Shown: in pieces, positions 17,006-26,769 of the stretch
Position numbering within the stretch: the first letter of the stretch is position 1
Layout of the letters: each line of letters begins with the position of its first letter
Source of the DNA: Nitratidesulfovibrio vulgaris str. Hildenborough
GTDB lineage: Bacteria > Desulfobacterota > Desulfovibrionia > Desulfovibrionales > Desulfovibrionaceae
NCBI RefSeq assembly: GCF_000195755.1
Contig: NC_002937.3
Span: forward strand, 3,450,001-3,482,000
Reading direction: 5' to 3'
Length of the DNA: 32,000 nt
Position numbers and translations under genes: made by a program
Notes under the pieces: model-generated
Seen by the model: the letters and a program-made list of their open reading frames with translations, nothing else
Databases searched by the model: none
Told to the model about the DNA's origin: nothing

Positions 17006-19339
17006 ATGATGTCCGGCAATGAAACGATCCGCATCGGCGGACTGGATAACGGAGAGCGCGTCTCGTCGCGCAGGCTCGAAGAGCGCATACAACAGGCCGT
17101 ACAGGATGGCGCGCGCACCATCGACATCGAGGCGGCAGGGCAGCACGGCATAGGCGGTCGCCTGTGGGTTGCCCGCACCGAACCCGTGCGCGTGACCGTG
17201 CGCGGCGCGGTGGGCCAGCGTCTCGGTTCCATGGGATGCGAAGGCACCAGCATAGAGGTCATGGGCCCCGCCTCCGAGGACGTGGGCTGGCTCAACGCCG
17301 GGGCCGACATCCTCATCCACGGCAACGTGGGCGGGGGCACGGCCAACGCCATGGCGCAAGGCCGCATCCGCGTGGGCGGCAACATCGGCTCGCGCGGCAT
17401 GACCATGACCAAGCAGAACCCGCGCTTCACCGCCCCCGAACTCTGGGTGCTGGGGAGCGTGGGCGACTATTTCGCCGAGTTCATGGCGGGCGGCACCGCC
17501 GTGGTCTGCGGGTTCAACGCACAGAACCCCGCCAACGTGCTGGGCTACCGCCCGTGCGTGGGCATGGTGGGCGGGCGCATCCTCGTGCGCGGTCCCTATG
17601 ACGGCTTCTCGCAGGCCGACGCGCGCCTCGACCCCATCGACGACGCCCTGTGGCAGTGGCTGGTGGACGGCCTTGCCGACTTCACCGCCGCCCTCGGCAA
17701 GCCCGAACTCGCCGCCGCGCTCTCGGTGCGTGAGGAGTGGCAGTGCATCGTGGCGCGCGGCCCCTACGAGAAGACGGGCAAGACCCGCCGCTCCATCTCC
17801 GACTTCCGCCGCAACGTGTGGGACCGAGAACTGGGCATGGGCGGTCTTGTGGGCGACCTGACGTCGCTCGACCGCAGCCCCATCCCGCTCATCACCACCG
17901 GCGAACTGCGCCGCTTCGTGCCCGTGTGGGAGAACGCCCGCTACGCGGCCCCTTGCCAGTCGAGTTGCCCCACGGGCATTCCCGTACAGGAACGGTGGCG
18001 GCTGGTGCGTGACGGACTCGTGGACGAGGCCGTGGACATGGCGCTGGCCTACACACCCTTTCCCGCCACTGTATGCGGCTACCTGTGCCCCAACCTCTGC
18101 ATGCAGGGCTGCACCCGCAACCTGCAACGCATGAAGCCCGTGGACGTGACCATGCTCGGCAAGGCCGGGGTGCGTTCCGACATACCGGCCCTGCCGCCCC
18201 TCACCGGGCAGCGCGTGGCCGTGGTGGGCGGCGGTGCGGCGGGCATCTCCGTGGCGTGGCAGTTACGGATGCGCGGCATCGAAGCCGTCATCCACGACAT
18301 GGAGCCTCTCCTCGGCGGCAAGATTGCCTCGGCCATTCCCGAAAGCCGCATCCCGCGCGAGGTTCTCGACGCTGAACTCGAACGCGTACGCAAGGTGCTG
18401 CCCCACATCCACCTGCACCGCAAGCTGACGAAGGACGACTTCGAACAGTTGCGCGCCGACTTCGACTTCGTGGTGCTGGCGACCGGGGCGAGCAAACCCC
18501 GTATGCTGCCCGTACCCGGCAGGGAGTTGGCGACCACGGCCCTCGACTTCCTGCGCGATGCCAAGTCCGGCAACGGCAAGCCCTGCAAGCGCGTGGTCAT
18601 CGTCGGCGCGGGCAACGTGGGATGCGACGTGGCCACCGAAGCCGCACGCCTCGGTGCCGAATCCATCACCCTCGTCGACATCCAGACCCCCGCCGCCTTC
18701 GGCAAGGAGCGCGACGAAGCCGAACATGTGGGTGCCACCTTCCGCTGGCCCTGCTTCACCCGCGAGGTGACCGCAGATGGGCTGGTGCTCACCACCGGCG
18801 AGCTCATCCCCGCCGACACGGTGGTCTTCTCCATCGGCGATGCGCCCGACCTCGACTACCTGCCCGACACCATCGCCACGGAACGCGGCTACGTCACGGT
18901 CAACGACCTTGGCCAGACCACCGACGCCCGCGTCTTCGCCATCGGCGACGTGGTGCGCCCCGGTCTGCTGACGCAGGCCATCGGCGCAGGTCGCAAGGCC
19001 GCCGGTGCCATCGCGGACATGGCAGAGGGCAAACGCCCCGTCTCCGACACCCGCGAGATGGTGGACACCGCCCGCATCAAGCTTGAATACTTCGACCCGC
19101 GCATCTCCGGCTTCGACGACCTCGAACGTTGCGGCGAAGCGTGTGTGAGTTGCGGCGCATGCCGCGACTGCGGCGTGTGCGAGACCATCTGCCCGCAGGG
19201 GGCCATCTCGCGCCGCGACCTCGGCGAAGGACGCTTCGAGATGACTGTGGACGGCGAACGATGCATCGGTTGCGGCTTCTGCGCCGGGGCGTGCCCGTGC
19301 GGCATCTGGAACCTCGTGGAGAACACGCCGCTGGAGTAG
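17006..19339 (+). CDS. Fusion protein: GXGXG-motif (GltB domain-3-like) + GltD-like FAD/NAD(P)H oxidoreductase + C-terminal 2x[4Fe-4S], 777 aa
   Basis: N-terminal repetitive GXGXG beta-helix region (GNVGGGTANAMAQGRIRVGGNIGSRG). Cys-rich APCQSSCPTG...CGYLCPNLCMQGC. Dinucleotide folds VAVVGGGAAGIS and VVIVGAGNVGCDVA. C-terminal CVSCGACRDCGVCETICP and CIGCGFCAGACP. Confidence 0.85.
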   Translation: MMSGNETIRIGGLDNGERVSSRRLEERIQQAVQDGARTIDIEAAGQHGIGGRLWVARTEPVRVTVRGAVGQRLGSMGCEGTSIEVMGPASEDVGWLNAGADILIHGNVGGGTANAMAQGRIRVGGNIGSRGMTMTKQNPRFTAPELWVLGSVGDYFAEFMAGGTAVVCGFNAQNPANVLGYRPCVGMVGGRILVRGPYDGFSQADARLDPIDDALWQWLVDGLADFTAALGKPELAAALSVREEWQCIVARGPYEKTGKTRRSISDFRRNVWDRELGMGGLVGDLTSLDRSPIPLITTGELRRFVPVWENARYAAPCQSSCPTGIPVQERWRLVRDGLVDEAVDMALAYTPFPATVCGYLCPNLCMQGCTRNLQRMKPVDVTMLGKAGVRSDIPALPPLTGQRVAVVGGGAAGISVAWQLRMRGIEAVIHDMEPLLGGKIASAIPESRIPREVLDAELERVRKVLPHIHLHRKLTKDDFEQLRADFDFVVLATGASKPRMLPVPGRELATTALDFLRDAKSGNGKPCKRVVIVGAGNVGCDVATEAARLGAESITLVDIQTPAAFGKERDEAEHVGATFRWPCFTREVTADGLVLTTGELIPADTVVFSIGDAPDLDYLPDTIATERGYVTVNDLGQTTDARVFAIGDVVRPGLLTQAIGAGRKAAGAIADMAEGKRPVSDTREMVDTARIKLEYFDPRISGFDDLERCGEACVSCGACRDCGVCETICPQGAISRRDLGEGRFEMTVDGERCIGCGFCAGACPCGIWNLVENTPLE

Positions 19340-19451
19340 CAGCCTCGAACGCCGCCGTGCCCGTGCCCAAGACGCTGGCACAGGTGTCCCGCCGCCACTG
19401 AACAGCCGCGGGGCACGCCACAGGACGCGACAGCGCCAGACGAACATGCAA

Positions 19452-19480
19452 GGCCCCCCGGACGACCGGGGGGCCTTTTA
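19452..19480 (+). terminator. Strong rho-independent terminator of the glutamate synthase operon
   Basis: GGCCCCCCGG-acga-CCGGGGGGCC followed by TTTTA. Confidence 0.8.
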
Positions 19481-19746
19481 CGTGACGCGACGCCACCGGC
19501 AGGTCGAATCCACTGCGGCAACAACGATGAGGCAAGCCATATCTCATAGGTGTGGCATTCTAGCCACTTGCCCCATGGCATAGCATCCCGGTCACATCGG
19601 ACACTCAGGCATGCTCTCACGATACGGCAGTAATCCGCGGACTCCCAACTACGTTCGAACCGACTCCTCCACATTGACAGCGCGTGCACCCGGTGGGCAT
19701 AGGATGGTATGGCCTCTTCATACCCATGTCGCAGCAAGGAGCACGC

Positions 19747-21390
19747 ATGAACGCCGCCACGCTTTTCGTCCGCTGTCTCGAAGCAGAGGGCGTCGACCAT
19801 ATCTTCGGCATCCCCGGCGAGGAGAATCTCGCCTTTCTCGAGGCCCTGCGTACCTCGTCCATCAGGCTCGTACTCACCCGCCACGAACAGGCGGCGGGCT
19901 TCATGGCAGCCACCTACGGCAGACTCACGGGACGCCCCGGCGTATGCCTCTCGACCCTCGGCCCCGGTGCCACCAATCTCGTCACCGCCGTGGCCTATGC
20001 ACGCCTCGGGGGTATGCCGCTCATCGTCATCACCGGGCAGAAGCCCATCAAGCACAGCAAGCAGGGGCGGTTCCAGATTCTCGATGTGGTGCGCATGATG
20101 GAACCCATCACCAAGTCGACCCGGCAGGTGGCTTCGGGTTCCGCCATCCCCTCGCTGGTGCGTGAGGCGTTCCGCCTTGCCGCCAAGGAGAAGCCCGGCC
20201 CCGTGCATATCGAACTGCCGGAGGACATCGCCGCCGAAGAGGTCGCCACCACACCCCACACCCCTTCGCTGGTTCGCCCTGCACAGGCCGACCCTGAACT
20301 CGTGGGCGAAGCCGCGCGACGCATCCGCAAGGCCAAACGCCCGCTGCTGCTCATGGCGGCAGGGGCCAACCGGCACGACGTATGCGGCCACCTGCGCCGC
20401 TTCATCGACACCACCGGCATGTTCTTCTTCTCCACCCAGATGGGGAAAGGGGCGGTCGACCAGCGGCACCCCCGGTCTCTCGGCACGGCGGCACTCTCTG
20501 ACCACGACTACCTGCACTGCGCCATCGAACGTGCCGACTGCATCGTCAACGTGGGGCACGACGTGGTGGAGAAGCCGCCCTTCTTCATGCACCGCGACGA
20601 CGGGCGCACCGTCATCCACGTGAACGTCTTCCCGGCGCAGGTCGATGACGTGTACTTCCCGCAGCTTGAGGTGGTGGGCGACATCGGCGAATCGCTGCAA
20701 CTCATGGCCGACATCGTCGGACGCTGCCCCGGCGCGGACGACGACTACCTCAGGCGCATCAAGGAACACATCGACGCCCACGTCTACGCCACCGGCCTCA
20801 CCAACTCCTTTCCGCCCACGCCTCAGAGCATCGTCAGCGAGGTGCGCGAAGCCATGCCCGAGAACGGCGTGCTGGCCCTCGACAACGGCATGTACAAGCT
20901 GTGGTTCGCCCGCAACTACCGCGCCTATGCCCCCAACACCCTGCTGCTGGACAACGCCCTCGCCACCATGGGGGCGGGCCTTCCCTCGGCCCTTGCCGTG
21001 GCCCTGCTGCGCCCCGGCACCCCCGTGGCGGCCCTGTGCGGCGACGGCGGGTTCATGATGAACTCGCAGGAACTCGAGACGGCGGTGCGCCTCGGCGTCG
21101 ACCTCACGGTCATGGTGCTGCGCGACGACGGCTACGGCATGATCAAATGGAAGCAGGCGGGCATGGAACTGCCCGTGCATGGTCTCGACTTCGGCAACCC
21201 CGACTTCGTGCGCTACGCCGAAAGCTACGGGGCCACGGGGCATCGCGTCTCAGCCCCTGACGGGCTGCGCCAGACCCTGCGCCGCTGCCTCGCCACGCCG
21301 GGCGTCCATCTCATCGAAGTCCCGGTGGACTACAGCGAGAACGAAAAGGTCTTCATCGAAGAACTCCGCAGCAAGACATGCCTGCTGTGA
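19747..21390 (+). CDS. Thiamine-diphosphate-dependent enzyme of the acetolactate synthase (AlsS-like) family, 547 aa
   Basis: N-terminal ThDP pyrimidine-binding domain (GIPGEENLAFLEAL, RHEQAAGFMAATYGRLTGRPGVCLSTLGPGATNL) and C-terminal ThDP-binding motif CGDGGFMMNSQELET. ATG at 19747 with AAGGAG 6 nt upstream. Confidence 0.85.
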   Translation: MNAATLFVRCLEAEGVDHIFGIPGEENLAFLEALRTSSIRLVLTRHEQAAGFMAATYGRLTGRPGVCLSTLGPGATNLVTAVAYARLGGMPLIVITGQKPIKHSKQGRFQILDVVRMMEPITKSTRQVASGSAIPSLVREAFRLAAKEKPGPVHIELPEDIAAEEVATTPHTPSLVRPAQADPELVGEAARRIRKAKRPLLLMAAGANRHDVCGHLRRFIDTTGMFFFSTQMGKGAVDQRHPRSLGTAALSDHDYLHCAIERADCIVNVGHDVVEKPPFFMHRDDGRTVIHVNVFPAQVDDVYFPQLEVVGDIGESLQLMADIVGRCPGADDDYLRRIKEHIDAHVYATGLTNSFPPTPQSIVSEVREAMPENGVLALDNGMYKLWFARNYRAYAPNTLLLDNALATMGAGLPSALAVALLRPGTPVAALCGDGGFMMNSQELETAVRLGVDLTVMVLRDDGYGMIKWKQAGMELPVHGLDFGNPDFVRYAESYGATGHRVSAPDGLRQTLRRCLATPGVHLIEVPVDYSENEKVFIEELRSKTCLL

Positions 21391-21407
21391 CGCGTGAAGG
21401 AGACACC

Positions 21408-22802
21408 ATGAGCAGCATCACCGTCCGCAACCCCTTCGACCTCTCCACCGTCGGCGAAGTGCCCCTCATGTCCGAAGCAGAGGCCTTCGCCGCACTTGAG
21501 CGCGCCCATGCCCTGCATGGCGACCCGGCGCACCGCATCCCCGCCCATGAACGTCTCGCCATCCTCGAACGGCTGGCGACGCTCATGCGTACCCACGCCG
21601 AAGCACTTGTGCGCGATGCCGTCCGCGAAGGCGGCAAACCATGGGCCGACAGCGTGGTGGAGGTGGAACGCGCCATCGACGGCGTGCGCTGGGCCGCGCG
21701 TGAACTGGCACAACTCGGCGGACGCGAGGTGCCCATGGGCCTTACCCCGGCCTCGGCAGGGCGGCTGGCCTTCACGGTACGCGAACCACGCGGGGTGGTG
21801 CTTGCCATCAGCGCGTTCAACCACCCGGTGAACCTCATCGTGCATCAGGCGGTTCCCGCATTCGCGGCGGGTTGCCCCGTTCTGGTCAAGCCCGCGTCGG
21901 CGACACCACTTTCGTGTCGCAACGTGCTGCGCCTCATGCACGAGGCCGGAGTGCCCGAAGCATGGGCCACCATGCTGCCCTGCGCCGCCGCCACGGCGGA
22001 GAAGCTGGTCGCCGACCCGCGCGTGGCCTTTCTCTCGTTCATCGGGTCGTCGCGTGTGGGCTGGCACCTGCGCTCGAAGCTGGCCCCCGGTGCCACCTGC
22101 GCACTGGAACACGGCGGGGCCGCCCCCGTCGTGCTGGACGCCAGCGCCGACCTTGACGCCGCACTCCCCCTGTTGCTCAAAGGCGGTTTCTACCATGCAG
22201 GGCAGGTATGCGTTTCGGTGCAGCGTGTCTTCGCCCCGCACGAAACGGCGCGCACGTTCGCCGAACGCCTTGCCGCAGCGGCGGCGCAACTGCCCACCGG
22301 CGACCCCATGCGACACGACACCGCAGTGGGGCCGCTCATCGACCCGCGAGAGGTGTCGCGCGTCCATGAATGGGTCGAGGAGGCACGGGCAGGCGGAGGC
22401 ACGGTGCTGTGCGGCGGTGCCCCCCTTTCGGAGACGCTATACTCCCCCACGGTGGTCTATGACCCGCCGCAGGGCTGTCGCCTTGCCCGCAACGAAGTGT
22501 TCGGCCCGGTGGTGGCGGTCTTCTCCACACGCGACCGCGACGAGGCCATCGCCCGCGCCAACGACGTGCCCTTCATCTTTCAGGCAGCGGTCTTCGCACG
22601 CGATGTGGATGTGGCCCTCGACACCGCGCGGCGGCTGAACGCCACCGGGGTCATGGTCAACGACCACACGGCCTTCCGTGTGGACTGGATGCCCTTCGGC
22701 GGGCGTGGGGAATCGGGCATGGGTACGGGCGGCATAGGCCCCGCCATGCACGAAATGACGACGGAGAAGCTCATCGTGCTGCGTTCACCCGCATGGGCAT
22801 GA
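21408..22802 (+). CDS. Aldehyde dehydrogenase family protein, 464 aa
   Basis: ALDH landmarks: FNHPVNL, ALEHGGAAP (catalytic Glu region), GQVCVSVQRVF (catalytic Cys), NEVFGPV. ATG at 21408 with AAGGAG upstream, 17 nt after the ThDP enzyme stop. Confidence 0.85.
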   Translation: MSSITVRNPFDLSTVGEVPLMSEAEAFAALERAHALHGDPAHRIPAHERLAILERLATLMRTHAEALVRDAVREGGKPWADSVVEVERAIDGVRWAARELAQLGGREVPMGLTPASAGRLAFTVREPRGVVLAISAFNHPVNLIVHQAVPAFAAGCPVLVKPASATPLSCRNVLRLMHEAGVPEAWATMLPCAAATAEKLVADPRVAFLSFIGSSRVGWHLRSKLAPGATCALEHGGAAPVVLDASADLDAALPLLLKGGFYHAGQVCVSVQRVFAPHETARTFAERLAAAAAQLPTGDPMRHDTAVGPLIDPREVSRVHEWVEEARAGGGTVLCGGAPLSETLYSPTVVYDPPQGCRLARNEVFGPVVAVFSTRDRDEAIARANDVPFIFQAAVFARDVDVALDTARRLNATGVMVNDHTAFRVDWMPFGGRGESGMGTGGIGPAMHEMTTEKLIVLRSPAWA

Positions 22803-23056
22803 CGGGATGCGACCACAACGGCTTGGGGGTATACAGCGACGGCATAAGAGGGCGCACACGAGAACAGGGTGCATGCAAGAACAGGCGGCGTCTGGCAGAC
22901 GAGAAGGGCGACGAGACGGGGCAACGAATCTGCACCACGCGGTCATCACGCAACCCGATATGAGGCTGTCTGAGCTCAACGTGCAGCCCACAGCGTATCC
23001 GCTCACGGGCGCTTTCGCCTGCACACGCGGCAGCCGAAAGCCTCTCACAGCGAAAC

Positions 23057-23080
23057 GCCCTCCCTGCGCGGAGGGAGGGC
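23057..23080. terminator. Hairpin between convergent genes (ALDH and hemolysin-III)
   Basis: GCCCTCCCT-gcgcgg-AGGGAGGGC. It sits 10 nt from the hemolysin-III stop. The minus strand continues GTTTCGC, a weak U-tract. Confidence 0.45.
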
Positions 23081-23089
23081 TGCCGCGGG

Positions 23090-23737
23090 CTACAGCCTGC
23101 TCACGTACAGGTACATCACGAGGAAATGGCAGAAACTTCCGGCCATGACGAACACGTGGAACAGCTCATGGAAGCCGAAATGCCGTGCCACGTTGGGCCA
23201 GCGGCTGGCATAGACCACGGCACCCACGGTGTAGAACAGGCCTCCCGCCAGCAGCCACCACAGCGCCCCGGCGGGCAGGCTCACCACCAGCGGGTACACG
23301 CCGACGATGACCATCCACCCCATGCCGAGGTACAACCCCGTCGACAGCCAGCGCGGCGCATGCAGCCAGAACACCTTCACGAAGATGCCAGCCAGCGCCA
23401 GCGCCCATACGCTGCCGAAGAGCGACCAGCCCCACGGCCCGCGTAACGGGATGAGGCATATGGGCGTATAGGTCGCCGCGATGTAGACGAAGATCATGCA
23501 ATGGTCGATGCGCCGCCACAGCCGCACGCCCGCCTCGGAAAGCGGCAACCAGTGGTAGAGCGTACTCGCCGTGTAGAGCATGACCATGGCGGTGCCGAAG
23601 ACCGCGAAGGTGACGATGTGCCACGGCATGGCGGGCGACGCCACGCGGGCAAGCAACAGCACGGCCCCCACCAGCGCAAGGACAGCGCCAAGACAGTGGG
23701 TCAGTCCATTGACGGGTTCCCTCAATCGTACAGCCAC
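23090..23737 (-). CDS. Hemolysin-III / PAQR family membrane protein, 215 aa
   Basis: Seven predicted TM segments, N-terminal EPVNGLTHCLGA, a D/H-containing motif RRIDHCMIF, and C-terminal FHELFHVFVMAGSFCHF. GTG start at 23737 with GGGAGG 6 nt upstream. Confidence 0.85.
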   Translation of the reverse strand: MAVRLREPVNGLTHCLGAVLALVGAVLLLARVASPAMPWHIVTFAVFGTAMVMLYTASTLYHWLPLSEAGVRLWRRIDHCMIFVYIAATYTPICLIPLRGPWGWSLFGSVWALALAGIFVKVFWLHAPRWLSTGLYLGMGWMVIVGVYPLVVSLPAGALWWLLAGGLFYTVGAVVYASRWPNVARHFGFHELFHVFVMAGSFCHFLVMYLYVSRL

Positions 23738-23927
23738 GGCTCCCCTCCCGTCGCTACAGGTGCAATGGGATACTACCCGAATGGATGGTCGGCGTCATCC
23801 CGTGAGAAGGCTCGATGTCCGCCCTCGATGCCAAGGGAGCATGGCAGCGACCACAGCTGACAGGCGGACGAAGGGGAACGCCAGCCAACGCCACGGAAGC
23901 CACACAGTTCGAACAGGGAGACCGCTC

Positions 23928-24455
23928 ATGTCATGGACGCGCGATACCATCCAGACCATCGCCGAACACATCTCCACCCGAGCCCGAAAATGGATCAGGG
24001 TGCTGCATCTCTTGTCGGCAGGGCTGTGGATAGGGGGTACGGCGGCACTCACCTCCGTCATCTGCCTCTTCCACCCGCAGAGTCCTGCTGAACTGCTCGC
24101 CCAGAACCGCATCCTCATGACCATCGACTTCTTCATCATCGCACCGGGGGCGCTAGGCTGTCTTGCAAGCGGCATCCTCTACGCCCGCAGGACCCCGTAC
24201 GGCTTTCTCAGATTCCGGTGGATCATCGCCAAATGGCTGGTGAACATCGGCTTCATCGTGTTCGGCGGGCTCGTGGTCGTGCCATGGCTTGAGCGGGGCA
24301 TCGCCCGGAGTCTGGCCATACAGGACATCCCCACCGAGACGTGGAGCATCATCGGCATGCACCTGACCGTGAACACCCTGCAATGGGCCACCATCATCCT
24401 TGTGGTCATCATCTCGGTGTTCAAGCCGTGGGGCAGGACCCGCTTCGATGTCTAG
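23928..24455 (+). CDS. Small integral membrane protein, 175 aa (4 TM; DUF2269-like by recollection)
   Basis: Track ORF 23580..24455 trimmed to the ATG at 23928 (MSWTRDTIQT...), with AGGGAG upstream. Four hydrophobic helices. Confidence 0.6.
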   Translation: MSWTRDTIQTIAEHISTRARKWIRVLHLLSAGLWIGGTAALTSVICLFHPQSPAELLAQNRILMTIDFFIIAPGALGCLASGILYARRTPYGFLRFRWIIAKWLVNIGFIVFGGLVVVPWLERGIARSLAIQDIPTETWSIIGMHLTVNTLQWATIILVVIISVFKPWGRTRFDV

Positions 24456-24482
24456 CCTGCCCAGCGCCGGACGCGATACGGG

Positions 24483-25742
24483 CTACCTGTACATGGGCAG
24501 CACACCGAAGACGAAGAGCGTGTGGCACACGGCGGTGACGAGGCCGAAGGCCAGCAGTGCAGGCACCGTAAGGCTGCCGCCGCCGACACGGTAGCCCGGC
24601 GCGGGACGTGTGGCGCGACTCGCCCGCAGCATGAGTGCGGGAACGACCACCGACCACACCGTGGCGGCAAGCCCCGCCCAGCCGATGGCCAGCAGGAAGC
24701 CGTCAGGCCACAGCAGACCGCCCACGGTGGGAGGGCCGAAGGTGACCAGCGTGGTCTTCGTGCGTCCGGCGCGCGTGTCGTCGAAGCGGCACAGGTCGGC
24801 GATGTAGTCGAACAGGCCCAAGCCCGCCCCGAGAAACGACGTCGCCACCGCAAGCGCAGAGAAGGCTTCGAGCATCCGCAGGATGAACCCGCTGTTCAGG
24901 TTGGAACCTGCCGCACGCACGAGGTCGCCCACGTTGCCGCCTGCGGCGATGACATCCCTGAACTCCGCGCGGGGGATGGTGCCGTCGCACGCCACTATCC
25001 ACAGCAGGTAGCAGACGAGGGCGATGCCCGTGCCCCCCACGAGACAGCGGTTGATGTCGGCGGGCCTGCGCCCGAAGTACTTCACGAGGCTGGGCACGCT
25101 GGCGTGGAAGCAGAACGAGGTGAGATAGGTCGAGAGGGCCCCCCACACGAAGAGGGCCGAACCGCCTTCGCCTCCGGCGTCGAAGAGTACGTCGGCGCGG
25201 ATGTCCGAGAGCATCCCGGACATGGAGAGGATGAAGCTGACGACCATGCCACCCATCATGATGACGGACAGACGGTCGACGATCCATGTGCTCCACCACA
25301 CACATGCCGCCAGCAGCAACGCGAAGGAGAGGCCCGCCGCCAGCTTCGAGGGTTCGTAGCCCGAGACCGCCAGCAGGGTGTGCCGCATGATGGAACCGCC
25401 CCCGCTGACGTAGGCGTAGACGAGGATGTACAGCACGAAAGCCACGGCCGCGCCGTTGATGACGCTCCAGCCGGGGCCGAGTGTCTCGCGGACGAGGGTG
25501 TGGAAGCTGGCCCCCGGTTCGAAATGCAGGTTCACCTCGAGCAGTGCCTGACTCGAAAGCAGCATGACCAGCCACGCCAGCAGCATGACCGCAAGCGACC
25601 AGCCGAACCACATGCCCGCCGAGATGGTGGGCAGGGCGAGCATGCCTGCGCCGATGGACGTACCGGCGATGATCATGGTGCCACCGAAGACTCCGGGGCG
25701 ATGTGCCGCGTTCTGCCCGGGGCGATGAGCCGCGTTCTGCAT
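24483..25742 (-). CDS. Aromatic amino acid permease (Mtr/TnaB/TyrP, HAAAP family), 419 aa
   Basis: GGTMIIAGTSIGAGMLALP near the N-terminus and about 11 TM segments. ATG at 25742 with GAGGGAG 5 nt upstream. Confidence 0.85.
   Translation of the reverse strand: MQNAAHRPGQNAAHRPGVFGGTMIIAGTSIGAGMLALPTISAGMWFGWSLAVMLLAWLVMLLSSQALLEVNLHFEPGASFHTLVRETLGPGWSVINGAAVAFVLYILVYAYVSGGGSIMRHTLLAVSGYEPSKLAAGLSFALLLAACVWWSTWIVDRLSVIMMGGMVVSFILSMSGMLSDIRADVLFDAGGEGGSALFVWGALSTYLTSFCFHASVPSLVKYFGRRPADINRCLVGGTGIALVCYLLWIVACDGTIPRAEFRDVIAAGGNVGDLVRAAGSNLNSGFILRMLEAFSALAVATSFLGAGLGLFDYIADLCRFDDTRAGRTKTTLVTFGPPTVGGLLWPDGFLLAIGWAGLAATVWSVVVPALMLRASRATRPAPGYRVGGGSLTVPALLAFGLVTAVCHTLFVFGVLPMYR
25693..25740. repeat. 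Tandem 24-bp duplication inside the permease 5-prime end (encodes QNAAHRPG twice)
   Basis: Units 25693-25716 and 25717-25740 are identical at 23 of 24 positions. The single difference is synonymous (GCA/GCT Ala). Confidence 0.9.
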
Positions 25743-25986
25743 GGATACTCCCTCGATAAATGAAAAGAGGAGCGCGCTATGCACTCCTCATTGTTGAACA
25801 GAGTCGTGTCGACGTTCCGTTGGACTTCGCCCCGCGACGACTCCGGGGCGGCTGACAGGAACGGGGGTTGTACCGTGCAACCCTCGCAGGGGCAAGCACG
25901 GCGCGAATCTCATGCAGAAGGCCACCCGCGCCGCCTCATGTCGCCGTGAAGCGCTTGCCGTACCCCGGCCAATGTCCGTTACCCCC

Positions 25987-26769
25987 TCAGGCGCGGCGGG
26001 TACGGCGTGCCGGGACTGGGCCACCCGTCTTGACCGGGACGGTACGCTTGCGCCTGCGTCCGAGAATGGCAAGAAGCGGACGCGCCTTGGCGAACAGCGT
26101 CTCCTCCACGGTCTCGTCGATCATGAGCGAATAGAGGTCTCGCCCCATATGACGCCGTACGCGCATCCCCATCTCGCGAAGGCGTGCCGCACAGTCTGCG
26201 ACGCACAGCCCCGGCGACACCGGAGGTACATTCTGGTGCGCCCTGCCGACCGGTAGCGGACGGGCTCCATCAGCCTCCTGTCCGGCATGATGCGCAGCAT
26301 GGTGTCCGGGGAGAGGCACGATGCCATCATCCCGGCTGCCGACCGAGGTCGCCGCAAGCAGCCGCGCTATGCCTGCCGCTGGCATACCCTGCGGCACCAT
26401 CAGAACGTGCGCGTCCGTGCCGGACTCCACATCCATGCCGGAAGCGACCCCCAGAATGATGAGGTCTGCGCCAATCTCGCGCACGGTCCGGTCGACCACC
26501 ACCGGAAGGTCGCCTTCACGGTAGAGACAGTCGAGGTCGAAACGGTAGCGCTCGGCAAGGAGCAAGGCCTCGGCAAGCAGGCTTGCGGCACGGCGACGTA
26601 TGGGCGCACATCCCGTCGCGAACCCCACGCCCGGCTGCCGTTCAGCCCCGACGGCCAGTGCCGTCACCCTGCACTTGCGCCGTGACGCGAAGGCGAGGGC
26701 CTGCTCCAGTACCACCAGAGCATGGCCCCCGTCGACGAGAGGTACGAGGATGCGATCAAGCCTGACCAT
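25987..26769 (-). CDS. Hypothetical protein with degenerate universal-stress-protein-like N-domain and basic C-terminal tail, 260 aa
   Basis: MVRLDRILVPLVDGGHALVVLEQALAFA...ADLIILGVASG resembles a Usp alpha/beta core. The start ATG at 26769 overlaps the TauE gene end by 14 nt. The C-terminal half is low-complexity, so its extent is uncertain. Confidence 0.55.
   Translation of the reverse strand: MVRLDRILVPLVDGGHALVVLEQALAFASRRKCRVTALAVGAERQPGVGFATGCAPIRRRAASLLAEALLLAERYRFDLDCLYREGDLPVVVDRTVREIGADLIILGVASGMDVESGTDAHVLMVPQGMPAAGIARLLAATSVGSRDDGIVPLPGHHAAHHAGQEADGARPLPVGRAHQNVPPVSPGLCVADCAARLREMGMRVRRHMGRDLYSLMIDETVEETLFAKARPLLAILGRRRKRTVPVKTGGPVPARRTRRA

Noticed and set aside
14187-21243. Long antisense ORFs over the glutamate synthase and ThDP-enzyme genes (14187..15251 -, 15281..16171 -, 16865..18127 -, 18263..19447 -, 18889..21243 -)
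   Set aside because: All lie opposite genes with clear family signatures and have no recognisable motifs. Their amino-acid composition is antisense-like (H/G/A/R/D rich).
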